Below, piece by piece: positions 49,375 to 61,340 of a DNA stretch of 64,000 nucleotides; within the stretch, counting starts at the first letter, position 1, and every line of letters begins with the position of its first letter. Made by a program: the position numbers and the translations under genes. The stretch is from Raja brachyura (Eukaryota), in assembly GCA_963514005.1 (NCBI GenBank), contig OY740816.1:21576001-21640000 (forward strand), read 5' to 3'. The notes beneath the pieces are model-generated. The model searched no databases. It was not told the DNA's origin and saw nothing but the letters and a program-made list of their open reading frames with translations.

Positions 49375-49857
49375 TAGAGTAATGGAATGATACAGTGTGG
49401 AAACAGGCCCTTTGGCCCAACAAGAGCTAGATAGGGCTCTTAAAGATGGCGGAGTCAGGGGATATGGGGAGAAGGCAGGAGCGGGGTACTGATTGGGGAT
49501 GATCAGCCATGATCATATTGAATGGCGGTGCTCGCTCGAAGGGCCGAATGGCCTACTCCTGCACCCATTGTCTATTGTCTATTGCCCACATTGGCCAACA
49601 TGTCCCAGCTACACTGGTCCCACCTGTCTGCATTTGGCCCATATACCTCCAAACCTGTCCTATCCATGTACCTGTCTAACTGTTCCTTAAACGTTTGGAT
49701 AGTCCCTGCCTCAACTACCTCCTCTGGCAGCTCGTTCCATACACCCACCACCCTATGAGTGAAAAAGTTACCCCTCAGATTCCTGTTAAATCTTTCCCCC
49801 TTCACCGTAAACCTATGTCCTCTGGTCCTCGATTCCCCTACTCTGGGCAAGAGACTC
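49375..49857. mobile_element. Nested CR1 3' fragments in opposite orientations
   Basis: A minus-strand CR1 tail is interrupted by a plus-strand CR1 tail at about 49421-49583. Confidence 0.8.
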
Positions 49858-49874
49858 TAACCCATGCATTCTAT

Positions 49875-50200
49875 GATGTATGTGATAGAATGAGCATATG
49901 TTATGTCTTGTGCGAGGGGACGCATGTGCTGGGGGAGACTCAAGGTGGCGTCCTGGAATAAAGAAGCTTGGTAGTTTACTCCCGTATCTGAGTGTTCTTT
50001 TAAGTCAGTCGCAAGCACCTATTGGCGACGAGGATGGGATAGAGTTTGTGAACTCATCCTTTAAATACAGTGCAGGACTGTTTTGCATCACGCAGGATTG
50101 TTTAACAGTTTAAACAGTAGATATGGAGTTGTGTGGCAGATGTTTGCGAGCTGGACATGAGAGGCCTGCAGATCCCTCTAAGCAGGGGACTGTAGTGTAA
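49875..50200 (+). mobile_element. LTR retrotransposon remnant with an intact primer-binding site
   Basis: An LTR-like segment with AATAAA is followed by tggcgacgaggatgggat (50023-50040), complementary to the 3' end of tRNA-Ser(GCU). A purine tract and TGTAGTG lie near 50181-50197. Confidence 0.65.
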
Positions 50201-50380
50201 GACATCAGCTGTACAAGTCGGCGAGTTTGTCAGGCTATCTCTATGTTGTGTCTACGTGGCAAGATGTTGTCCTTTGGATTGTTACATATTTTAGACTAAG
50301 TCAGTTCCAAGCACCCAAATACACAACAAATTCCTCTGGTGATTTGACACACTCATCAACTCGTTGGCATTGGAACTTAC

Positions 50381-50490
50381 AGGGCGTCCCCAGTCACGAG
50401 CTGCTGCTCCGGCAAGGCGCTCTGCCCCGGCTCCATCTCCTGGGTAGGTGACGCTGGTTCCATGCGCTGAAATAGTAATGGCGTTCGGTT
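50381..50490 (-). CDS. CACNA1A: CACNA1A exon 41, 110 nt
   Basis: ctcacacag|AAC CGA ACG CCA...GCC CT|gtaagt; [36 protein letters not shown](L). Phase 0 to 2. Confidence 0.93.
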
Positions 50491-53400
50491 CTGTGTGAGA
50501 TATAACATGGCCTAGTGCTGGCATCAGACAGACTTATGGGAATGAAGAGATCAGATTCAGAATATGGTGCTGAAGAAGATTCATTTACTTCCCCGGCCAC
50601 TCCAGATGTTGGGAAGCAGGAGGTCATTTAACACCGTAGCTCCGTGAGATTAAACATGTATGGGTTGCAACCCGGTAATACTGCGTATCAATAATATGAC
50701 GAACCTAATCTAATTCCAATTGGACATTCAGTATCCCAATAAAACTCAATCGAAAATGCCATAGCAAATTGGAGGACAAGAGCAAGTATTATTCCCAACT
50801 ATCAGAGATGGACTCAATTGATGGCTTTAATAGATTAGGCGACTGAGAATGATCTCATTGGAGATAACTGTCAGAGACTGGATGAGTGAAAGATAGGAAT
50901 AAATAGTTTCGGTCCCAATATTTTCAAAATGCTTTGGGAAAGATTATTCTTTACTTTTGCATTTTTTAATCTGAAATATTCGTTTAGTCTTTTTTTGGAG
51001 TTTAAACTGAGGTAGTGGAAAATCTGAGGTAGATAAAAATGCTGGAGAAACTCAGTGGGTGAGGCAGCATCTATGGAGCGAAGGAATAGGCGACGTTTCA
51101 GGTCGGGACCCTTCTTCAGACTGATGTGTGTGTGTGTGTGTGGGGGGGGGGGGGGCTGGGGAGAGGGACAATGTGATCAGGCAGCCTGTAGTCTAGGGCT
51201 GGAGATTTCTCTTCCCACAGGGAGGAATAGACAATCAGAGCTACTCATGCAAACCTCAACTAAGGTGTTCTCAAACTTTAGAAGACCTCAACTGCCAGAG
51301 AGAGGAGAGAGGAGAGAACAGAGCGAGAGAGAGAGACAGAGAGAGCGGGCAGGAAGTTGTAGGGAAAAATATACCAAAGACTTGTCGCCTTAAAAATATT
51401 AACCATGGTATGTTCTTTAAAATAGCCCCCCAAAGAATATTGTTGTATAAATGGTCATGTCATTTCTGACTGACTGCCCAGGGGCATGAGTTCAATTCCA
51501 ACTTAATTTCAACTAAATAGATCTTACATAAACGTCCAATGCCAGCAATAGCAGATTGCTGTAAAAGCCCATCTAGTTCAGTTGCCCCAGGGCCATCTAC
51601 CAGCTGATCTGCTCTGGTCTAATTGTGACTCCAGCACCCAAACTTTCTCGCTGAGGATAATTTAAGGATGGATAATAAATGCTGGCCGTGCCACATGTAC
51701 CTGCAGCCCACGATTACATTGGGGAAAGGTTATCATTGCCAATAGAGTTTAAACTGGATGTTTAACAATGACGGGCTTTCAATATATTGCCCTGACGTGT
51801 TGCCATGGGCATGGCCATAGCATGCTTGCTATTCCCATTCGCATTTGCTGTAACTAGTATCCATGCTGCCAGGGAGACGCCTATCTCACACCAACAGCCT
51901 GCCTCAGAGGAGAATTCAGAGCCACATTGGTAGTGGACAACTAGCTGGGCACTCGCCCAACGACCCAGGATTTAGGATAAATCAAGTAGAAATGGGATAC
52001 AGTTGGATTCCTAGAATCCCTATGCCTGGATAAATTGATTGGAAGAGGCCTGCCAGTGAAATAATATTAAAAAAATTAAATATATCAAATGTGTCTTCCC
52101 AGGATTTCACAACCTGCTCACAGATCCAATGTTGAATGACCCCCTTAGTAAATGAATGTCATCTGAACCCGAAGCATTCATTAAAAAAAAAAGATCATGC
52201 GGGCAATGAGCATCTTTTCAGAGCTTTGAAGGCAAGAGGCAGCAATGAGGTCCGGGGGTAAACCATTCCCCATCATTTTCGGAATTCTTCAAGATGCGAC
52301 GCCGTCTTCCTTTATTGACCACGTACACCGGGGGAAACAAAAAAGAGCACACAAACTTCCCCCTTGACACCAATGTGGAAGAACGTCACTTGGGATAAAA
52401 TTCTGCTCCAAAGTCCCCCTAACCAATGAGCCAAAGTGAATGCAGGTGCCAGCCAGAAGCAACAAAACAAAATTAAAAAACCAGCCACAACACTGGGGCA
52501 ACTTCGCTCAATTAATCTACAATCACAATTCCAGATTGTAACAACACTTTCATTGGCAGGAAATTGGACGACCAGCTCAAAAAAACGTTTTGATGGTTTT
52601 CAAACAGGGTTTTGCTTTTCCTTCTCAGGGCAGACTCTGCCCTAGACATTATCATGAGTGCCTTGTAAAATTCCCTAGCAGCACGGACCATCGCACCACC
52701 CCTACATGTTGGGCTACATCCACAACTGGAAGAGACTGAGCCCTCTAGATTCATTTGCTCTGAGCCTGTCACTGGACCCCCCTCTTCCCCCAGTTTTCTC
52801 TGCTGTTTTCCTCAAGGCATTGATTTGCACCATGCTGTTCCCTGGAGCGTACCACGCGAGATCTGGTTTTACCTTCATCCCAAGGGCAACCACAATTTTA
52901 AAGCACTTAAATGATTTTAAAGCTCGTTGGGATGTCCAGAGAGGGGCATGAACGATGCTTAAAATAGGTGAGACCTCCTTTAGTGAAATATGGGAGAATG
53001 GCTGATTTTAGATGATCATATTGAATGGCGGTGCTGGCTTGAAGGGCTGAATGGCCTCCTGCACCTATTTTTCCATGTTTCTATCTATGGCCATTTGCTT
53101 CAATGTGTTTTATGTATAAATAACACTGCATATTGTTGGACAGCCTGGTTGATGGATGACTTCACCAATGTGAACTGACTGAAGGCCGAGAGCAGCAACC
53201 GGCCCAGTCTCATACATGTGTCCAGAGTGAGACCTCAGCGTGTTCACAATAGGAGGGAACACGATACGGAAGACATTAACCACAGCAAACGAGCTGGTGG
53301 GAAATACATGGAAACCCCACATGGAGGCACCAATATATCAACTGGGAAAATTCAGCGGTTGTTTCAACAATGGACGTTCAGAAACTCAACAACACTCAAG

Positions 53401-54384
53401 AAGCTTGGTCTATAGTATATAGACACAATGAACTTTTATCTCCTGTTCTGTATTATGTTTACATATTCTGTTGTGCTGCAGCAAGCAAGAATGTCATTGT
53501 CCTATCTGGGACACATGACAATAAAACTCTTGACCCTTGACACCAGTTGCTTGACTGACATCCCAACTATCACCTTAAACACGGGTTTCCTCCACCAACA
53601 GAACGTCATGAAACAAAAATCAATAAAGTCCAAACATTAGTTAAATATTAGTTTAGCTCCAGCCTAAGGAGGTGAAGAAGTGCTCAGAATGTTTAATCTT
53701 CAATGGTATCTAACTATGGATCCTCAGAAGCAATAAATCTTCAGGTTTTCACTTGGCTGTCTGTGTTAACCGTGGCATACAGTGGCGGCTGTACAGTTTA
53801 TTCCACTGGTGCCCATGGAACTGATTGTCAGCAGGAGAGGACAATGTACAGCGGAGTTCTTTGCACAGTGTGAAGTTAATTATCTACCCCTCAGAGCGTT
53901 GAATCTTCTCCCATTGCATCTCAAGGTGCTGATACCAACTGGTGCAGTGCAGTGCAATGCAGTTCAGCACTTGGGGTGACCCCGCTTCCAAACCTCCGGG
54001 GCACCGGAGGGGTCAAGCACCACAAAGCCTGCCAGTACCACCAGATAGAAGAATGACGAGGAACCAGATCGGGGGCTCGACTGACGCGAGCCACGGTTTG
54101 GAGACCCCAGGTTTGCTCAGATCAGATGCAACAAAATAACCAGGTTGTAAGCTCAATATTGCCAAAGAAAAGTTCCATTCTCTGCCACTGTGACATCTAA
54201 GGTGAGGACCAATGGATGGGAGCGTGCAAGAAGCAAGCATCACAAAGCAAAAACTGTAAGCTGATTAAGCAAGGCTTTGTCCTTTCTCTGGGTGAGTCTC
54301 TGCTTTGCATTCCTCTCTTTTTGTTTTGGGATGCTGTCTGATAAAGTTTGTGATTGAATGGGTTACTCTCCACTACACTAGTAC

Positions 54385-54485
54385 CTGCTCCTCGTGGAGT
54401 AACTGGAGTTTTTTGGCTTTGCTCTGCCGGTAGTATTCCATGATCATCATGGCTGCGTAGATCTTCCCTACGGTCAGATCCGTTG
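54385..54485 (-). CDS. CACNA1A: CACNA1A exon 40 (IQ-like calmodulin-binding motif), 101 nt
   Basis: ctactgcag|CA ACG GAT CTG...GAG CAG|gtacta; (S)[33 protein letters not shown]. The IM-type IQ motif is typical of Cav2.1. Confidence 0.97.
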
Positions 54486-55049
54486 CTGCAGTAGAGGGGG
54501 GCGGGGGAGAGAAGGCGAGAAGATGAATTAGGTAACAGGAAAACATACAGTGCGGAAACAGGCCCTCGACCCAACTTGCCCACACCGGCCAACATGCCCC
54601 AGCTACACCAGTCCTCCCATTTCTTCTCCCAACCTCTGTTGCTCTCCACCCATCCTGTCCCCATCTGTTATGTGCCACTCATAAGGTCATAAGGCATAGG
54701 AGTAGTATTAGGCCATTTGGCCCATCAAGTCTACTCCATGGCTGATCTATCTCTCCCTCCTAACCCCATTCCTCTATAAGGAATATCCACAAAGTATCCA
54801 CTTATCGCTTCCATCCTTTGCCCCAACCACCCTCACCTTCAGACTGAATATTTCCCCACCCCCGACTCTTTCAGTCTAGATGCAGGAACTTAACCCGAAA
54901 CGTCATCTGTTCATTTCCCTCCACAGAATCTGCATGGCCCGCTGAGATCTCCAGCTGCTCGCCTATATTTTGCGAGAGATTCCAGCATCTAGAGTCTTGT
55001 GCCAACAAAGTGCATGCCAACTACACGGCTCGGGGTCATGTAAGTCTTA

Positions 55050-55548
55050 CTCACAGAGTGATACAACGTGGAAACAGGCCCTTCAGCCCAACTTGCCAAC
55101 ACCGACCAACATGCCCCATCTACACTAGTCCCACCCGCCTGAGTTAGGCCCATTCCCTCCAAACCTGTCCTATCCATGTACCTGTCTAACCTCTTAAATG
55201 TTACGATATTACCTGCCTCAACTACCTCCACTTGCAGTTTGTTCCATACACCCACCAACTTATGTGTGAAAAATTACCCCTCAGGTTCCTAATACATCTT
55301 TCTCCCCCCACCCCCACCTTAAACCTATTTCCTCTGGTTCTCAATTCCCCTACTCTGGATAAAAGATTCTGTTCATTTACCCTATCTATTCCTCTCATGA
55401 TCTTATACACCTCTATAAGATCACCCCTCATCCTCCAAGGAATCCTTCAAGGAATGAAGTCCCAAGCCTGCTCAACCTCTCCCTACCGCTCAGGGCCGTC
55501 GAGTTCCGGCAACATCCTCGTACATCTTCTCAGCACCTGTTCCAGCTT
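55050..55548 (-). mobile_element. CR1 LINE 3' fragment in intron 39
   Basis: RGDLIEVYKIMRGIDRV and VGVWNKL. Confidence 0.85.
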
Positions 55549-55649
55549 GGACCCCTTTTCCAGGGACGTTTCAACGTGTTGGAACTTGGTTGAAACATCA
55601 GGGAATGACGAGGAGAGAGTTACGGTAAATAGAATAATGCTGGACTTAC

Positions 55650-55757
55650 ATTTATGAGGTGTGACCAACAGATCGATTGTTTTTTGGGAGAGGTTGGGCC
55701 AAATGGACATCATCTCTTTCCTCAACTCACGGTCCATTTGGTGCTTGTCAGCCCCTC
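55650..55757 (-). CDS. CACNA1A: CACNA1A exon 39, 108 nt
   Basis: tttactag|GA GGG GCT GAC AAG...CAT AAA T|gtaagt; (G)[35 protein letters not shown](S). Phase 1 to 1. Confidence 0.96.
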
Positions 55758-56447
55758 CTAGTAAAGAGATAGGCAGCGTCGAGTTGATAAGTACCTTTCA
55801 TGCAGGTTAAGCCATCACAGCTGCAAGAAGTGTCTCTATGGACAGCCCCTGAGATTTTCTCTACCACAATATTAAAATCTCATGTATCTGTACACTGTGG
55901 ACGGCTCGATTGTAATCAGGTATTGTCTTTCCGCTGGTAGACAAAAATGCTGGAGAAACTCAGCGGGTGAGGCAGCATCAGCGGGTGAGGCAGCAAAGAC
56001 CCAACTTAGGTTGAACAAGTTGGGTCTTTATTCTTTGAAGCACAGAAGGTTAAGGGGGGACTTGATTGAGGTCTTTAAAATGATGAAAGGGATTGTAACA
56101 TTTAAAAGTAAAGTGGATAGGTATATGGACGGGAAGGGAATTGAGGGGTATGGTCTGAGTGCAGGTAGATGGGACTAGGGGAAAATAAATGGTCGGCACG
56201 GACACGTATCTTTTTTTTTAAATTATGTAATTGCTTCTGATTAATAAAAAAACAACAAAAAAAAGGAATTCATAGACATACTCGTAGGAGTTTGTGAACA
56301 TGGTCGTGGAAGGTCTTAGGAGTTTGTAGATTACCACAATCCTGATTTTTTTTTAGGTCCTTTAAACTCGGCAGTGGTTTTGAATTAAGTCGTGAAAGTG
56401 GGACAGCCCCTTTAGGAAGTCGAGGCGTTGGTGTGCTTTCTGTATCA

Positions 56448-56597
<150 letters not shown>

Positions 56598-57294
56598 CTA
56601 GCCCAGAGCACCATCAGCTGCCTGCCTGGTGCACAGTGGAGACCATCCAGGTTCCTTTCAAATATCGCCTCAAACAAGTCATTCCATTTTTTTCCAATAC
56701 AAAACTCAAGCACTTTGGACACGATTGCAATCGGACACGAGGCACGCACGCACGTTACACATACACAAACGCTCACAGAATCCGCGGGACATGACACAGT
56801 GCAGTGGGCATTCCCAGGTTCACTTGAGGCACTGACATCCAAATACCAAACACAGACGGATGCAGACACATGCAGCATGCTCACAGGGATCCCCACAGAA
56901 CAAGCAAGGCAGTTACACCGGACATACACAAGCAATCTAAGGATAAGACGCTGGATTCCATTCGCAGCTATGCTAATGCTTAAAATCTGCTCCTCCAGTG
57001 CGAGGGAGCGTCATTCAGAGATCATTAACAGCGGCATCCAGAAATCCCCCAGTAAATCTGGGGTGGTGCATTGTATTGGCTGCAATCAGAACGATGGGAT
57101 GGTTTCAAAGATATATTTTCTTTCAGAGGAGTTTAAAGGCAGTAATGGAGAGAGGGAAAGGGGAGAGCGAGAACGAGATAGGGGGGGAAGGGAATGGAAA
57201 GAGGCGAGGAGCCATGAGTGAGGTGCAAGAAGTGACAGAACTTCACTGGTGCTGAGTGAGGAATGGCGGAGACCATTTCGGGAACATTTTTTTT

Positions 57295-57705
57295 TGTGTT
57301 TTAGAGATGCAATGTGGAAACAGGGGCCTTCAGCCCACCGAGTCCACGCCGGCCAGCGATCAACCGTCAACAAGTTCCACGTTATCCTATTTTTACACGT
57401 TACAAAAGCCAATTCCCTGACACGCCTGCACGTCTTTGGAATGTGGCAGGAGCCAAGAGCCACCCGGAGAAAGCCCACACTATCACAGGGCTTGTACTGT
57501 ACAAGTGCCCCGAAGGAGGGTCTCGACCCGAAACGTTGCCTATTTCCTTCGCTCCATAGATGCTGCCTCACCCGCTGAGTCTCTCCAGCATTTGTGTCTA
57601 CCTTGTACTGTACAGACTTTGCACAGGCAGAGCCCATGGTCAGGATGGAACCCGGGTCTCTGGCGCTGTGAGGCAGCAACTCTACCGCTGTGCCAACGTG
57701 CCATC
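57295..57705 (-). mobile_element. V-SINE interrupted by a 98-bp Penelope-derived unit (57504-57601)
   Basis: 13-bp duplication cttgtactgtaca at 57491-57503 and 57602-57614. Confidence 0.78.
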
Positions 57706-60349
57706 CACTAATGCTGACTTGTTCTAAAAGATCTATCTTCAGGACCCATCTACCGACCAACCCTGTCTTCCTGCTTCCCCTCCACCCGCCAACACGCCCT
57801 CTAGCTCTACATTTTAATCCTTTCTCACTGCATTCCACCATTTGCACTCCCACTTATCACTTGGTTGCTATCTCCACCCTTCCCCCCGCCACATGGACTA
57901 TTTTGAACACTTCCATAACTTCGTTGGCACCCATCACGTGCTGACTCTTGCATGCACGTAGTCTCGTTTACTTTAGCTATAACACGGAAACAAGCCCTTC
58001 GGCCCACGCCGACCAGCGATCCCCGCACATTAACACTACCCTACACACACTAGGGACAATTTTACATTTACACCTAGCCAATTAACCTACAAACCTGTAC
58101 GTCTTTGGAGTGTGGGAGGTAACCGAAGATCTCGGAGAAAACCCACGCGGGTCACGGGGAGAACGTACTAACTCAATAAATCAATCAATCAATGAATCAG
58201 TTGTTTAAGGAGGAACTGCAGATACTGGAAAAATCGAAGGAAGACGAAAATGCTGGAGAAACTCAGTGGGTGAGGCAGTATCTATGGAGCGAAGGAAATA
58301 GGTGACGTTTCGGGTCGAGCCTTCTTCAGACCCAAAACGTCACCTATTCCTTCGGTCCATAGATGCTGCCTCACCTGCTGAATATCTCCAGCATTTTTGT
58401 CTACTATCAATCAATCAGTCTTATTATCTTGCAGTCTTCCTCTTAGAATATGCAGACGTACTGAATTAGGCAGTACATTAGATTCTGCCTGCATTCAGAA
58501 GATGCTCAGACCCAAGATAAAGTGATCGTCAGCTGTGAACAAATGCCAAGGTGCTTACTCGGACAGGGAGGTAGGGCTAACTCTCACCGTGAATATCACT
58601 AGCGTCAGACTTAAGTCATACAACAAATCCACATGTGTGTGTTACCACAGTAGCTCAGAAATGGCTTGCAAAAGTGTCAATAGGTCCAACAAACCATTCT
58701 TCCCACCAGCACAGAAACCTCCTGGCACTCCTTGTCACCTTGTGGTCTGGAAGGACATGAAATGTCAAAGAGGATGAAGGTTAGGAAGAGAGCGGGGAAG
58801 CCCATGGATAGAGCGGGGTAAAGATACGGAGGAATAGACACACAGAGGGTGAAATCAGAGGAAGAAGGTCAAAGGGCAGCTCGTTTCAAAAATATATAGA
58901 TTTTGTACCCATCGGGATGTAACGTGGTTTTGATTTTGGACGATCAGCCATGATCATATTGAATGGCGGTGCTGGCTCAAAGGGCCGAATGGCCTACTCC
59001 TGCACCTATTTCCTATGGTTCTATGTAAGTGTGATATGTACTTCTCACCAGTCTCTTTGCAATCTAGAAATGAAGGGCTCTGATGTTTGTGCAATTTATC
59101 AATGGGAGTTTTATAAAAACTTGGGCCTGTCCTCCTGCTTAAGAATTTGGATCGATATCGCAGTGGAGTAGACAAAGTGTTAAAGAAGGAACTGCAGATG
59201 CTGGAGAATCGAGGGTTACACAAAAAGCTGGAGAAACTCAGCGGGTGCAGCAGCATCTAAGGAGCGAAGGAGATAGGCGACGTTTCGGGTCGAGAGGAAT
59301 TTGGATCACTAGCTGGATACAGGCGTGCCTAATGTTAGCATCATCTCCTGCTGTTGTTTTTCAGGAGCAGTTCTTGTCTTTTCTGGCTGCTTTGAATTTT
59401 TCAGCCTCATACACAAAGTGCTGGACTAACTCAGCGGGACAGGCAGCATCTCTGGAGGATGTGGATAGATCTCTCTGCCGGTTTGCCCCAGGGTCTGGCC
59501 AAGATGGCCATCCAAGAATCCAGGGCTGTCGAGGGACCTGCCAGAGTCGACTGCTGCCCCTCTTCCGGGGTTTAGCCCCTGTGGAGGGAGCATAAGGTGT
59601 CCACAGGGACTTTGGAAGCCTTCGGTCGACGCTGGTCACCACGAGATCTCAAGCGCGTCTTGGATATGAATGACCAATGTTTTAATTTAATAATTGATGT
59701 TTGCAAACTTGCAATACAGTTTTGATCCTCGCGGTTCTTTGCAACTGTGATTGTGCAATAAAAACTCCTAGTTGAGGTGAAACAAAGTGTACGTTCACCA
59801 AGTGTGAAGGAAGGGACTGTAGGTGCTGGTTCACACCGAAGATAGACACAAAATGCTGGAGTAACTCAGCGGGTCAGGCAGCATCTCTGGAGAAAAGGAA
59901 TAGGTGACGTTTCGGGTCGGGACCTTTCTTCAGACACTTCTGACACCTGATCTACAGCGTCGAACCAGAATACAGAGGCAGGGAGAGGGAAGGAATGAGA
60001 ACGCTACTGAAAAACGTAAGTACTAACCATTGCTTAGTTTCCAGTGTTTAACAGGGTTAACAGCTAAGGAGCAATAGCAGTGGGTGGGTAGCATTCAGTG
60101 GTGAATGGGGGGGGGGGGGGGTTGTATATGGACCATCCAGGGCAAAGGGGTGTAAGAGGGGAGGGGTGGACAGTTTCCACGGGGGAGGTTGCAAGGTCAG
60201 ACACTACTGCTCATAAACCCGCTGCCGATTTAAAACATCTCCTTGAAAGGGGCTCGACACAAGTTGCTGGAGTTGCAACTCAGCGGGTCAGGCAGCATCT
60301 CTGGAGAAAAGGAATGGGTGACGTTTTGGGTTGAGACCCTTCTTCAGAC

Positions 60350-60795
60350 CCTTGAAAGAGGAACCAGCAAAGAAGGACAGGAAGGCTCTGCAGAGAGTAG
60401 TGCGTTCGGACAAACGCACTGTGGGAACTACACTCGCCCCTCTGCAGGACCTATAGGTGTAGATCCAGAGCCAGCAACATTATGGGGGACCCCTTCCACC
60501 CCAGCAACGGACTGTTCCAGCTGCTACGGTCAGGCAAACGCCTCCGCTGTCACGCTGTGAAAACAGAGAGGATGAGACGGAGTTTCTTCCCACAGGCCGT
60601 CAGGACTGTAAACCTTTATCTCACCAGGGACTAATTTACTGTTGTGTTGTGTTTCTTGAAAAAATATATTTTCTAATGTAAATACTGATTCTGTTCTGTT
60701 CTGTAGTTTTTGCACAATCCGCAGGCATTGCCTCTTTCATTTCACTGCTCATCTTGTATATCTTGTACAAATAAAGTTGACTTGACTAGACTTGA
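60350..60795 (+). mobile_element. Rex1/Babar LINE 3' fragment
   Basis: LQRVVRS...HPSNGLFQLLRSGKRLR...SFFPQAVR with a (cttga)-type tail. Shorter Rex1-type 3' ends lie near 13225-13410, 24500-24750, 42295-42435 and 48165-48345. Confidence 0.8.
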
Positions 60796-61004
60796 ATGGG
60801 GTAAAGACCTCTTGGCAAGTGACTTGGCAAATGTGAACCCCAGTTCCTCTCACACACCCATCTGCTCTTTGAACCAACAGTTTACCAAGTCCTTGAGCAC
60901 GACCCCACCTCAGAGTGTTGGCTAACAAACTATATGGGAAACTTAACAGCTACTAACGAGATAATAGGTGCAAGGTGATCACCATACTAATGTGATTCTC
61001 AATT

Positions 61005-61340
61005 CTGTTAACTCTTGCTGTCTCCTCCCCTTCCCACCTCTCCCTCAGCCCTGGGGCCCTGGCATTCCCTCTCTCTCTATCTCTCCCCCACCCAAGTCGC
61101 ACTAGCTTCTCATTTTCACACTACAAACAGCTTACAATGGCCTGTTTCCTTTATCATCGATACTTTTTTGCATATCTTTCATTCATTGTTCTTTATCTCT
61201 CCACATCACCGTTTATATCTCTCGTTTCCCTGATCCCTGACCAGTCTGAAGAAGGGTCTCGACCCGAAACGTTGCCTATCTCCTTCGCTCCTTAGATGCT
61301 GCTGCACCCGCTGAGTTTCTCCAGCCTTTTGTGTACCCCC
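61005..61340 (+). mobile_element. Penelope-like terminal repeat with hammerhead-like core at 61246-61273
   Basis: A pyrimidine-rich 3' region is followed by ctgaagaagggtctcgacccgaaacgtt and the shared terminal unit. Confidence 0.75.
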
